This document shows, one piece after another, positions 29,910 through 39,446 of a stretch of DNA of 64,000 nt. Where the stretch lies: the NCBI GenBank assembly GCA_044344255.1, contig JBIJDH010000001.1, positions 128,001 through 192,000 of the forward strand. Reading direction: 5' to 3'. The number at the start of each line of letters is the position of its first letter. Position 1 is the first letter of the stretch. A program made the translations under genes and the position numbers. The DNA is from Myxococcota bacterium (GTDB taxonomy: Bacteria > Myxococcota_A > UBA796 > UBA2385). Under the pieces are notes generated by a model. The model was not told where the DNA came from. It worked only from the letters and a program-made list of their open reading frames with translations, and made no database searches.

Positions 29910-32393
29910 TCAAGCGCCGCGCAGCACCACACCAAGCTGCGACTCCAGCGCGGCGACGACCCCCGCCCGGACGGCCACGGCCTCGTCCATCGTGAGGGTT
30001 CGATCGGGGTGCGACAGCCGAAAACGTAGCCCAATCGCCTTCTTATCGGCGGACATCGGCTCACCCCGATAGACATCGAAGACCGTGAAGCCCCCCGCGG
30101 CGGCCCCGGCCGCCCCTTGGGCGACCCGCACGAGCTCCGAAGCGAGCAGGGTCTCGTCCGCCACGACGGCGACATCGAGCTCGATCGCCGGAAAACGAGG
30201 GAGCCCTTGGACCCGGTGATACCGATGCTCGGCGTCCAGCAGGGCGTCGAGGTCGAGCTCCGCCAGCAGGATCCTACGCTTTCCGAGATCGAAGCCGAGG
30301 GCGACCGCGGGGTGGACGGCGCCCAGGTGCCCGAGCGTGCGGCCGCCGGCGACCAGGCGGGCGCAGAGGCCGGGGTGGAAGGGGGCCTCGTCGGCGGGCT
30401 CGAGCGCGGCGCCGTTGATGTGGAGGTGCTGGCAGAGATCGAGCACGACCCTGGACAGGTCGTAGAAGTCCAGCGCGCGGGGCTCGGGCTCATGGAGGGT
30501 GGGCGGCGCAGAGGCGCCCAGGAGAGCCAGGCTGACCCGCTCCCCCTCACCAGGCAGGCCGGGGTTGACGCCCGGCGCTTCGGGCAGCACGACGACCCCC
30601 ACTTCGAAGATCTGACAGCCCCCTGGAGAGCCCAGGTTGAGGCGCAGGGTCTCGAGCAGGTGAGCCTGCAGGGTGCGCCGCATGACGCTGCGTTCGGCGC
30701 TGATGGGGTTGACGAGCCGAAGGTACGGCGGAGGCGGCACGACGGGCCGCCCGAGCCCCAGCTTCGCCTCGAGGTCGGCGCTGGAGAGGCTGTAGGTGAC
30801 GGTCTCTTGGAGGCCGGCGGCGACGAGGTGGTCGATCACCCGGTCCCGCACGGCCAGCCTGCGGCTCGGCGGGTGGTTGGGCACCGGCTCGGCGGGCATG
30901 GTGGCGGGCATGGCGTCGTAGCCGCCGAGGCGAGCCACCTCCTCGAGGAGGTCACAGGGGAGGAGGAGGTCCTGGCGGGCGGAGGGGACGCGGACCACGA
31001 GGGTGCCGCCTTCCTCCACGATCGCCTCGACATCGACCTTCCCGAGGAGCTCGGTCACCCGCTCCACCGGGAGATCGACCCCGAGGGCGGCGCCGATGTC
31101 CTGGAAGGGGAGGCGGATCTCCCTCCGCACCGGCGGCCGCGGGGACCACAGGCCCGTGCCCACCACGCGCAGCGCCGGGCAGGTCTGACGGAGCAGGGCG
31201 ATGATGCGGCGGAGGCCGATCTCGACGAGGGCCGGATCGACGCCGCGACTGAAGCGGGCCGAGGAGTCCGTGAAGATCTGCGCCGCCGCTTGGGAGCGCC
31301 GGATCGCGATCAGGTCAAAATTGGCGGACTCGAGCAGGACCGAGCGGGTCTCCTCGGTGACCCGGCTCTCCCAGCCGCCCATCACCCCGGCCAGCGCGAC
31401 GGGGCGCCCCGCCGAGGAGATGAAGGGGGCGCCCTTGGCCACGGCCACCGCGGGATCGCCCTCCTCCCGCATCAGCGGCAGGAAGGCCTCGCCGGCCTCG
31501 GCGCCTCGGACGCGGAGCTGCAAGGAGGGAAGCTTGGCGGCGTCGTAGGCGTGGGTCGGCTGTCCGAGCTCGAGCATCGCGTAGTTCGAGGCGTCTACGA
31601 CGTTGTTGATGGGCTGGCTGCCCGCGACCACGAGCCGCTCGCGCAGCCAGCGCGGAGAAGGGCCGACCACCACGCCCTCGAGCAGCACCACGCCGAAGCG
31701 CCCGCAGACCTCCACGTCCTCGGCGCTGGGGTCGAGCGCGGAGGAGCCGACGACGAGAGGCTCGAGGTCGACCTCGAGGCGGGTGGGCCGGTCGAGCAGG
31801 GCGCCGACCTCCCGGGCCACGCCGAGCACCGACTGGCAGCGCGCGATGTTCGGCAAGATACCGATGTGCAGGACCCGATCGGCGATCCGCCCGGCCACAG
31901 GGCCACCGTCGAGGCCGAGCGCCGCGGCGAGGGGCTGGCCGGCCGTCATCGCCCCGTCGAGCAGCAGGATGCCCGAACGGTCCTCGCCGAGGCCGAGCTC
32001 GCGCGCCGAGCAGAGCATGCCCTCGGACACGCGGCCATAGGACTCCCGCGCGGTCATCTTGCGGGTCTTGAGGCCATCCCCCTCGCCGAGCTCGAAGACC
32101 ATCGCCCCCGGGAGCGACACCGCCACCCGCTGGCCAGGGCCGACACCCGCGAGGTTCGGCGCCCGGCTGGTGAGCTGCACCACCCGCCCCACGTCGACGT
32201 CGAGGAACCACACCCCGGGGCGCACCTCGTCCAGGGCGAGGATGACGCCCACCACGACGTCAGGGTGGAGCGCCCCCAGGCCCTCCACGGTCTCGATCTC
32301 GATGCCGGCGTTCGTCAGCCGCTCCGAGAGCGCTTCAGGAGAGACGCCCTCGAGGGAGACGTGCTCCCCCAACCAGGACAATGGCACGCGCAA
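29910..32393 (-). CDS. pheT: Phenylalanyl-tRNA synthetase beta subunit
   Basis: MRVPLSWL, SEGMLCS, INNVVDASNY, RQDL...DLLEEVAR, C-terminal FDVYRG...DRTLT anticodon-binding domain. Confidence 0.95.
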   Translation of the reverse strand: MRVPLSWLGEHVSLEGVSPEALSERLTNAGIEIETVEGLGALHPDVVVGVILALDEVRPGVWFLDVDVGRVVQLTSRAPNLAGVGPGQRVAVSLPGAMVFELGEGDGLKTRKMTARESYGRVSEGMLCSARELGLGEDRSGILLLDGAMTAGQPLAAALGLDGGPVAGRIADRVLHIGILPNIARCQSVLGVAREVGALLDRPTRLEVDLEPLVVGSSALDPSAEDVEVCGRFGVVLLEGVVVGPSPRWLRERLVVAGSQPINNVVDASNYAMLELGQPTHAYDAAKLPSLQLRVRGAEAGEAFLPLMREEGDPAVAVAKGAPFISSAGRPVALAGVMGGWESRVTEETRSVLLESANFDLIAIRRSQAAAQIFTDSSARFSRGVDPALVEIGLRRIIALLRQTCPALRVVGTGLWSPRPPVRREIRLPFQDIGAALGVDLPVERVTELLGKVDVEAIVEEGGTLVVRVPSARQDLLLPCDLLEEVARLGGYDAMPATMPAEPVPNHPPSRRLAVRDRVIDHLVAAGLQETVTYSLSSADLEAKLGLGRPVVPPPPYLRLVNPISAERSVMRRTLQAHLLETLRLNLGSPGGCQIFEVGVVVLPEAPGVNPGLPGEGERVSLALLGASAPPTLHEPEPRALDFYDLSRVVLDLCQHLHINGAALEPADEAPFHPGLCARLVAGGRTLGHLGAVHPAVALGFDLGKRRILLAELDLDALLDAEHRYHRVQGLPRFPAIELDVAVVADETLLASELVRVAQGAAGAAAGGFTVFDVYRGEPMSADKKAIGLRFRLSHPDRTLTMDEAVAVRAGVVAALESQLGVVLRGA

Positions 32394-32432
32394 GGGGACC
32401 CCCAGAGGCCGGGTCTACAGACCCGGTGCAAA

Positions 32433-33491
32433 TCAGCGGAACTGCGAGAGGAAGCGCAGATCGTTCCGATAGAAGTTACGGATGTCGTCAACGCCGTGTA
32501 GCAGCATCACCATGCGGGGGACGCCCATGCCGAAGGCAATGCCTCGGTTCTTCTCGGGGTCATAGCCTCCGTTCCGCAGCACGACGGGGTGCACGAGGCC
32601 CGCCCCGAGCAGCTCCAGCCAGCCGGTGTACTTGCAGAGTCGGCAGCCGGCGCCACCGCAAAAGGAGCAGCGGACGTCCACCTCGACCGAGGGCTCGGTG
32701 AAGGGGAAGTAGCTCCCGCGAAATCGAACGGCCTGCTCCCCGCCGAAGACGGACTTTGCGAATTGGAGCAGCAGACCCTTGAGGTCGCTCATCCGCACGT
32801 CGGGCCCGACGACGAGGCCCTCGATCTGGACAAACTGCATCTCCGAGCGCGCCGTGACGTCTTCGTTTCGGTAACAGAGCCCCGGCAGCACCACGCGCAC
32901 CGGCCCGGGGCCGAGGGCCCGCATCGCCCGGATCTGCCCCGCGGAGGTGTGGGTGCGGAGGACCACGCTCTCCGAGGCGTAGAAGGTGTCCTGCATGTCC
33001 CGCGCCGGGTGGTGAGCCGGCATGTTCAAGAGCTCGAAGTTGTAATGGTCGAGCTCGACGTGCGGCGACTCGAAGACCGAGAAGCCCATGTCTTGAAAGA
33101 CCCGCAAGAGGGTGCGGGTCATCGCGGTGATGGGGTGGACGCCGCCGCGGGCGGTGGCCCGAGGGGGCAGCGTCACGTCGAGGCGCTCTGCCGCGAGCTG
33201 GCGGGCCTGCTCGGCGAGCGTCACCGCCTCTCGGCGCGCGGCGAAGCCTTGGTCCAAGGCCCCGGTCACCTCGTGGATGACCACCCCGAACTGCTTTCGC
33301 TGATCAGCCGGCTGCTTGCCGATCAGGCGCTTCCACCCGTTCGCCTGGCCTGAGGGGGCGAGGTGCGCCTGGTACCAGGCGGTCAGCTCCGCTTCGTCTC
33401 CGACCGCCGAGAGGGCGCTGAGCGCCTGATCCCGGTAGGCGTGCAGGGCCGCCGCTCCGCCGCCGCTCGTCTCATCCGCTCCGCCCATCAT
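32433..33491 (-). CDS. pheS: Phenylalanyl-tRNA synthetase alpha subunit
   Basis: HPARDMQDTFY, LRTHTS, YFPFTEPS, GWLELLGAG.VHP, DDIR...NDLRFLSQF. Confidence 0.95.
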   Translation of the reverse strand: MMGGADETSGGGAAALHAYRDQALSALSAVGDEAELTAWYQAHLAPSGQANGWKRLIGKQPADQRKQFGVVIHEVTGALDQGFAARREAVTLAEQARQLAAERLDVTLPPRATARGGVHPITAMTRTLLRVFQDMGFSVFESPHVELDHYNFELLNMPAHHPARDMQDTFYASESVVLRTHTSAGQIRAMRALGPGPVRVVLPGLCYRNEDVTARSEMQFVQIEGLVVGPDVRMSDLKGLLLQFAKSVFGGEQAVRFRGSYFPFTEPSVEVDVRCSFCGGAGCRLCKYTGWLELLGAGLVHPVVLRNGGYDPEKNRGIAFGMGVPRMVMLLHGVDDIRNFYRNDLRFLSQFR

Positions 33492-33597
33492 GCCTCCCGG
33501 TCCTTGGGGCCACGGTATCGCGCAGGCCCCGGCGCGGCGACCGGCCGGGCCGCCTCGGGAGGCCGCCGTGACGCCGCCTGGGCCCCCCCTCAGGCGG

Positions 33598-35046
33598 TCA
33601 GGGGACGTCGTCCGGCAGCCTCTCCGCGCCGAGCAGCGGGCCGTCGCGGTCGATCAGCCCCCGGAACAGCCCGTAGTCAGCGAGGAGGCGGTCCCGATCC
33701 GCGCGGGCGCCGATCAACAGCTCCTCGTAGAGCCCTTCTTCCCCTCCCCCGGCCTCGAGGTCGGCGCGCAGCACCGAGAGCGGGTCGAGGCCGGAGGCGG
33801 TCGGTCCGCCGAGGTGCCCCGCCGCCAACAGCCGCCCCAGGCTGCGGCCGAGGCCCTCCCAGTCGAGGGCGTCGAGCCCACCCTCGGCCCACCGCTCTCC
33901 GACATCGACGTGGTCGATGTTCTGGTACCAAGAGGTCCAGGGGAGGAACCGAAAACAGAGGCCACCCTGGAGGACGGTGAGGTAGCCCGGCTGATCGACG
34001 TCGACCGACCAGAGCTGGAGGGCGGCGCGCTCGAGCCGCTCGGCGTTGTCGGCGAAGGGCGGCCGCGGGCCGCCGGGCAGCGCCGGGGGGTCCACGACCT
34101 CCCGGGCCTCGAGGAGCATGTCGTCATCGGGGTCGTCGTCGCCGAGGTCCCAGAGCAGCACGTAGCGCAGGGCCGCGTAGGAGGAGACCCCCACGCCGTA
34201 CCGCCGCCCCGCGTCGAGCAGGCGGAAGCCGCCGGGCAGCCGCGGCCGGGCCGCAGCCACGAGCCGCTCCACCTCGGCCCGCTCACCCTCACTCAAGCGC
34301 ACGAGGCCCAGGTGATCGGCGTCCGGGCGGTCGAGGAGGAGGAGCCGGCGCTCCCCGCCCTCGGCGTTCCCCTCCACTGCGGTGACGTCCTCCTCCCGGC
34401 TGCGTTCGGCCGCGGCCTCGATCGCGCTCTCCAACAGCGCCTCGATGATGCGGCCGTCGGCGTCGAGGGCCACCCGCGGCGCCACGCTCCCCTCTTTCAC
34501 CCCGTCCGCCCAGCCGTCCGACAGGGCTCGCAGCGCCGGCTGCAGGCAGGCGAGCTCGTCACAGCCCTCCATCCCGGCTTGGAGCACCGCGAGGCCGAGG
34601 GCCGCCCGACGCAGATCGAGCACCCAGGGGCCGAAGCCCGCCGCGTCGAGGTCGACGAGCTCGAGCGGCGGGATCTCCCGATCCCCGGCGTGCACCGTGC
34701 TCAGGTTCTCGGGGTGCGGGTCACCGACCAGCAGCACGCCCGCGGCCTCGGGCTCGACGAGGAAGCGAGTCGTGAGGCGGTCGGGGTCGGGGCGAGCGAG
34801 GTCGGCGTACCAGGTGCCCGCGCTCCCCCGCAGGAAGTCGTAGGGGTCCGCCGCCATCTTCTCGAACTTCCACGCCACGAGCTCTGGATCTCGGGAGAGC
34901 CAGACCCGGTTCTCGGTGACGAGCTGGTCGGCCAGCCAGGCCGCGCGCGCGGCCTCGGGGTCAGGCGGCGCGCAGCCCACCAGGGCCAAACCCAACGCCC
35001 ACCCCGCGACGCCACGGCGGCCTCCGGTTCCACGCGGGTCGCGCAT
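33598..35046 (-). CDS. DUF2252-family kinase-like protein with lipoprotein signal
   Basis: Lipobox LVGC; KMAADPYDFLRGSA; GDPHPEN; DLDAAGFGPWVLDLRR; LLEARE. Confidence 0.75.
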   Translation of the reverse strand: MRDPRGTGGRRGVAGWALGLALVGCAPPDPEAARAAWLADQLVTENRVWLSRDPELVAWKFEKMAADPYDFLRGSAGTWYADLARPDPDRLTTRFLVEPEAAGVLLVGDPHPENLSTVHAGDREIPPLELVDLDAAGFGPWVLDLRRAALGLAVLQAGMEGCDELACLQPALRALSDGWADGVKEGSVAPRVALDADGRIIEALLESAIEAAAERSREEDVTAVEGNAEGGERRLLLLDRPDADHLGLVRLSEGERAEVERLVAAARPRLPGGFRLLDAGRRYGVGVSSYAALRYVLLWDLGDDDPDDDMLLEAREVVDPPALPGGPRPPFADNAERLERAALQLWSVDVDQPGYLTVLQGGLCFRFLPWTSWYQNIDHVDVGERWAEGGLDALDWEGLGRSLGRLLAAGHLGGPTASGLDPLSVLRADLEAGGGEEGLYEELLIGARADRDRLLADYGLFRGLIDRDGPLLGAERLPDDVP

Positions 35047-35075
35047 GAGCCCCGTCACCCGGTCGGCCTCCTCGC

Positions 35076-35747
35076 TCAGGCGCTGGGCGACAGCGACTGC
35101 ACGACCATCCGGAAGGAGACGCGCCCCTGGCCGACGTTCGTGGCGGTGATGAGCGCCCGATAGTCGCTGAACCGGAGCTCGCTCGAGCGCTGGTTCATCA
35201 TCCCGGTGCTGAGCCACTCCGGAGAGGTCTGACCATGCTCGACCGTAATCGGGCCCACCGTCTCGGCCAGGGCGGCCGCCGTCGAGGCGACCTGCGCGAG
35301 GGCGAGCTCGGCGGGGACGCTCGCCTGGCGGGCGGTGATCCCGACGAGGCGCTGCTGCTCGTCGAATTGGAAGGCGACAGAGTCGAAGGGGAGCGGGGAG
35401 TCGAGGGTGCCGGGCGCGATGGGGTCGCAGTTCAGCATCACCCCCTGCGCCGTGCAGGTGACGCCCTTGTTCGAGGCCCAGGCCTCGAGCTCTGACTTCG
35501 TGGTCTCATCCAGCTTGAAGCCGAAGGCTGGGCGCGAGCGCGCGGGCTCCGCGCCTCGGACCTTCGATACGGAGGTCTCACGCGCCGAGCGCTGCTGGTC
35601 GGCGCTCAGCACCTTGTCCATCCCCACGGGGCAGCTCTCCCCCGAGAGCGCCAACAACAACGGCCTCGCCACCGGGAGATGAGCGAGGCCGATGAGGCCG
35701 ACGATCCCGACAGAGGCCGCGCCCAGCATCCACCAGGCGCGGGCCAC
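35076..35747 (-). CDS. Membrane-anchored periplasmic hypothetical protein
   Basis: N-terminal hydrophobic helix ending AHLP, then SCPVG and a further Cys pair; starts 2 nt after the globin stop. Confidence 0.75.
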   Translation of the reverse strand: MARAWWMLGAASVGIVGLIGLAHLPVARPLLLALSGESCPVGMDKVLSADQQRSARETSVSKVRGAEPARSRPAFGFKLDETTKSELEAWASNKGVTCTAQGVMLNCDPIAPGTLDSPLPFDSVAFQFDEQQRLVGITARQASVPAELALAQVASTAAALAETVGPITVEHGQTSPEWLSTGMMNQRSSELRFSDYRALITATNVGQGRVSFRMVVQSLSPSA

Positions 35748-35749
35748 GA

Positions 35750-36322
35750 TCAGTGACCGACGATGGTGGCGGAGAAGGCCGGATCGACGAGCACCGGGGC
35801 GAAGCAGTTGTTGATGTCGTCGGCGGGGACGCCGTCCGTTGCGAGGATGCCCGCGATCATCGTCACGAAGTCGTCGTACTGAGCCTGCGTGATCCCCATG
35901 CCGGTGTGGGCGGTGATCATGTCGGGGCCGGTGTAGGCGCCGGTGGTGCAGCCGTAAGCGTCGCTGATGAAGTTCGCGAGGCTGGTGATGAAGGCCGTCA
36001 CGGCTTCCGGACCCTCCGCCACGAGGGGCGCGAAGAAGGGGCCGAACTGCGGATCGGCAGCGGCGGCCTCGGTGATCTGCTGGGCGACGAGGGGCACGGC
36101 GGCGCCGTAGGTCGCGCAGATGTCGGTCGTGCAGGCGTCGGCGTCGGCGTCGGCGTCGGTGTCGGCGTCGGTGTCGGCGTCGGTGTCAGCGTCGGTGTCC
36201 GAGTCGGTGTCGGTGTCGGTGTCGGCGTCCGACTCGCTCGACGAGGTGTCTTCCTTGTCCCCGCCGCAGGCCACGGCGAAAGACAACACGAGGGCGCTCA
36301 GGCCAAAGGTCATGGTCTTCAT
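35750..36322 (-). CDS. Lipoprotein with Asp/Thr-rich linker and group I truncated (2/2) hemoglobin domain
   Basis: Lipobox AVAC; (DT/DA)n linker; ADPQFGPFF, YTGPDMITAHTGMGIT, YDDFV and GVP match the trHbN-type pattern. Confidence 0.8.
   Translation of the reverse strand: MKTMTFGLSALVLSFAVACGGDKEDTSSSESDADTDTDTDSDTDADTDADTDADTDADADADACTTDICATYGAAVPLVAQQITEAAAADPQFGPFFAPLVAEGPEAVTAFITSLANFISDAYGCTTGAYTGPDMITAHTGMGITQAQYDDFVTMIAGILATDGVPADDINNCFAPVLVDPAFSATIVGH
36135..36229 (-). repeat. Hexamer-period coding repeat encoding the DADTDTDTDSDTDAD... linker
   Basis: GTCGGY units repeated in tandem. Confidence 0.9.
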
Positions 36323-36421
36323 CGGTCTTCCAGTGTCTCCTGACCCGCAACATGCGGGCCTTCACGCACTCTACCCCATACGGCGGCCTCGTCCATCGGG
36401 ATCACATGGTTAGGGTGCCAG

Positions 36422-37264
36422 ATGATCCGCCTCCATGAGCACCTCCGCGCCCTCGGCCTGTCCAATTCACAGGCGAAGGACGCGCTCTCTTCGGGGAAGG
36501 TGCACCTCTGCGGCGTGCCCACCGGCGACGGCGGCCGGCTGGTGGACCCCGCGACCATCTCGTTGCGCCCGAACGCGCCCCGCCTCCACCCCGGGGCCGA
36601 CCTCGTGCTCCTGTACCGGGATGACGCCCTCGGCGTCATCTGGAAGCCCCCCGGGATGCTCTCGGTGCCGGCGCCGCGGGCGGGGGGCCACAAGAACGCG
36701 GTGGGCCTCGCCGGCCGGATCCTCGGCGAGGCGCACATCGTCCACCGCCTCGATGAGCACACCTCCGGCCTGCTGCTGGTCGCGCGGACCCTGGCGGCCC
36801 AGACCGCCCTCAAGGCCCTCCTCGAGGTGCACGCGGTGGATCGGCGCTACCTCGCCATCGTCGCCGGTTCGGCGCCCGAAGGCGAGCGGCGGGTCTCCTC
36901 CGTGCTGCGCCGGGACCGCGGCGACGGCCTGCGCGGCAGCGATCCCGAGGGGGAAGAGGGCAAGCCCGCGGTCACCTACTTCCAGCTGCGGGAGCGCCTC
37001 GGGCCTCGTTATTCGCTGGTCGAAGCCCGCCTCGAGACGGGGCGCACCCACCAGGTCCGCATCCACCTCGCCGAGCAGGGCCTCCCCCTCCTCGGCGACC
37101 CGCTCTACGCCCCCGCGGGCGTGGCCCGGCTGTGGCCCCGGCAGGCCCTCCACGCCTGGTCCCTCGCCTTTCGCCACCCCTTCACGCGGCAGGAGCTCCG
37201 CTTCGAGGCGCCGCTGGCCGACGATCTCGAGCAGCTCCGCCGCCGAATCCTGGCCTCCGCTTGA
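36422..37264 (+). CDS. RluA/RluD-family pseudouridine synthase
   Basis: KPPGM, VHRLDEHTSGLL, LETGRTHQVRIH, GDPLY, QALHA. Confidence 0.93.
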   Translation: MIRLHEHLRALGLSNSQAKDALSSGKVHLCGVPTGDGGRLVDPATISLRPNAPRLHPGADLVLLYRDDALGVIWKPPGMLSVPAPRAGGHKNAVGLAGRILGEAHIVHRLDEHTSGLLLVARTLAAQTALKALLEVHAVDRRYLAIVAGSAPEGERRVSSVLRRDRGDGLRGSDPEGEEGKPAVTYFQLRERLGPRYSLVEARLETGRTHQVRIHLAEQGLPLLGDPLYAPAGVARLWPRQALHAWSLAFRHPFTRQELRFEAPLADDLEQLRRRILASA

Positions 37265-37833
37265 ACGCCCGGGCTCGCCGCCGCCTCTGGCTCCTGGTCG
37301 CGGTCGGCGCCGGTCCCTGGGCCTTGCTCGCCCTCCTGCTCGACGCCTGGGGCCACCGCGATCCGCCCGCCGGCCCCTACGACACCATCATCGTCGCCGG
37401 CTGCCGCGTCATGCCGGACGGCCAGCCGAGCGTCGCGCTGCAGCGGCGGGCTGAGCTCGCAGTGGAGCTCTGGCGCCAGAACCCCGACAGCGTCGTAATC
37501 TTCACCGGGGGCGTCGGTGACTTTCCCCCCTCGGAGGCCATCGCCGCCTCCACCTGGGCCCAGGCGCGCGGCCTCCCCGCAGCGGTGATCCGCCTCGAAG
37601 ACCGCTCCACCTCCACCGAAGAGAACGCACGTTTTGCGGCTGAACATTACCCAGCAAAGCGCGTGCTGCTCGTGACCACCGCCTACCACACCCTCCGGGC
37701 GGGGCGGGTCTTCGGGCGCTTCTATGACGAGGTCGAGACCGCCGGCGCCAGCTCCGACCTCTCCTCCCGCCTCGTCGGCAGCCTGCGCGAGGTGCCCGCC
37801 CTCGGCTGGTACGCGCTCCGCGGGCGCCTCTGA
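37261..37833 (+). CDS. YdcF/DUF218 (SanA/ElyC-like) membrane protein
   Basis: IIVAG, FTGG, SEA, EDRSTSTEENA, VTTAYHTLRA, REV; TTGA overlap with the upstream gene. Confidence 0.88.
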   Translation: MNARARRRLWLLVAVGAGPWALLALLLDAWGHRDPPAGPYDTIIVAGCRVMPDGQPSVALQRRAELAVELWRQNPDSVVIFTGGVGDFPPSEAIAASTWAQARGLPAAVIRLEDRSTSTEENARFAAEHYPAKRVLLVTTAYHTLRAGRVFGRFYDEVETAGASSDLSSRLVGSLREVPALGWYALRGRL

Positions 37834-37856
37834 GGCGGGTTCCACGGGGAAGCCGC

Positions 37857-38621
37857 TCAGCTCGATCGGGCCTGCCTACGCATGTAGAGGAGCGCCTCCG
37901 AGACCCGCTCCGCCTCCAGGCCGGCGGCCTCTCCGCCCTGGTCGATGACCTGCTTGGCGAGCCGCAAGGCGACTGGATCTCGTCGGGCCAGGACGGCGGC
38001 GAGGGCGAGCGCCCGCTCAAGCGGAGGATCAGCGATCTCGATCGCCAGGCCCCGCTGGAGGGCCTCCTCCGGGCCGAGCTCCCGCCCCGCGAGGATGACC
38101 TGCTTGGCCACGGAGGCGCCGACGAGGCGGCTGAGGCGGGTACAGCCCCCCGCGGAGGGGATGAGGCCGAGCGAGGTCTCCGGCAGACGCAGGCGAGCTT
38201 GGGGGCCGATCACCCGGAGGTCGCAGGCCAGCGCCAGCTCGAAGCCCCCGCCCACCGCCGCGCCCTGCACCGCGGCCACCGAGATCACCGGCGAACGCGC
38301 GATCTCGTTGAAGACCCGCTGGCTGAGGAGGTCGAGCACCTCAAGCGGATCGACCCCCTTCATCGCCTGGGTGTCGGCGCCCCCGGAGAAGGCCCGCTCC
38401 CCGGTGCTGCCGATGACGACCACCGAGACCCGCTCGGCCAGCGCCGAGAAGCCGGCGCGCAGGGCCTCCAACATCGGAGGGTCATACGCGTGGGCGCGGC
38501 TCGGGCGGTCCAACAGCAGCAGGCCCACCCCCACATCCGGCAGAATGCGGGTCAAGATAGGACCGACGCTCGGCTCGGCCCCGGCGAGCGAGAGAGCCAC
38601 CTGCGAAAAGTTCGACGCCAT
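37857..38621 (-). CDS. Enoyl-CoA hydratase/isomerase family protein
   Basis: AFSGGAD, AVGGGFELALACDLR, PETSLGLIPSAGG. Confidence 0.9.
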   Translation of the reverse strand: MASNFSQVALSLAGAEPSVGPILTRILPDVGVGLLLLDRPSRAHAYDPPMLEALRAGFSALAERVSVVVIGSTGERAFSGGADTQAMKGVDPLEVLDLLSQRVFNEIARSPVISVAAVQGAAVGGGFELALACDLRVIGPQARLRLPETSLGLIPSAGGCTRLSRLVGASVAKQVILAGRELGPEEALQRGLAIEIADPPLERALALAAVLARRDPVALRLAKQVIDQGGEAAGLEAERVSEALLYMRRQARSS

Positions 38622-38676
38622 CTACAGCTCCGCCCGGCTACGCGCTCGGCGCCCCCTCCAGGAGACGATCGCCCCG

Positions 38677-39435
38677 ATGGAACGCCGTGAGAAGGTGGTG
38701 CACGAGGACACCGAACCCTGCCCCTATCTCCCCGGAGAGGTCGCGCGCCTCCCCCTGCGCTGGCAGCTCCGGCCCCTCAACGCCGAGGAGCTCGATCGAT
38801 CCCTGGCCTTGGGCGAGCGGAGGGTCGGTCGGATGTTGTACCGCCCGACCTGTCCCACCTGCCGGGCCTGCGAGCCGCTGCGCGTCCCCGTGCGGGAGTT
38901 CCAGCCCACGAAGTCCCAGCGGCGGGTGCTCCGCAAGAACGAAGACCTCCGCGTGGAGATCGGCCCCGCGACCTTCTCCGAGGAGCGGCTCCACCTCTAC
39001 AACCGCCACAAGCAGGAGCGCGGCCTCGGGCGAGACGAGCGGCTCATGACCCGCCGCGGCTACGAGGGCTGGTTCATCCAGTCCTGCACCCCCACCGTGG
39101 AGATGCGCTACTACGCCGCCGATCGGCTGATCGGCCTCGGCATCCTCGACGTCGGGGCCGAGGACGCCTCCAGCGTCTACTTCTACTTTGACCCCGACGA
39201 GTCCAAGCGCTCCCTCGGCGTCTTCTCGGTGATGGCGGAGATCCACTGGATGCGCAGCCGCGGCGGGCGCTACCACTATCTCGGCCTCTACGTGGCCGCC
39301 TGCTCCCACCTCGTCTACAAGGCCAGCTACTACCCGCATGAGCGGCTGATCGGAGACCGCTGGCACCGGGTGGAGGAGGCGCCCCTGGGCGCCCGGACCC
39401 CCGCCGCCCTCCCCGATCCGGTGAGCCCGGACTAG
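38677..39435 (+). CDS. bpt: Arginyl-tRNA-protein transferase-like Asp/Glu leucyltransferase
   Basis: CPYLPG, YRPTCPTCRACEPLR, SSVYFYFDPD, SLGVFS, YLGLYV...YKASY.PHE. Confidence 0.85.
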   Translation: MERREKVVHEDTEPCPYLPGEVARLPLRWQLRPLNAEELDRSLALGERRVGRMLYRPTCPTCRACEPLRVPVREFQPTKSQRRVLRKNEDLRVEIGPATFSEERLHLYNRHKQERGLGRDERLMTRRGYEGWFIQSCTPTVEMRYYAADRLIGLGILDVGAEDASSVYFYFDPDESKRSLGVFSVMAEIHWMRSRGGRYHYLGLYVAACSHLVYKASYYPHERLIGDRWHRVEEAPLGARTPAALPDPVSPD

Positions 39436-39446
39436 ACCCGGAAGTC

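Noticed and set aside
30117..32501. Long antisense and alternative-frame ORFs (for example 30117-32501, 42395-44983, 13643-15361, 15394-17439, 49303-51354)
   Set aside because: These are shadow ORFs expected at high GC, lying opposite well-supported genes, with no motifs.
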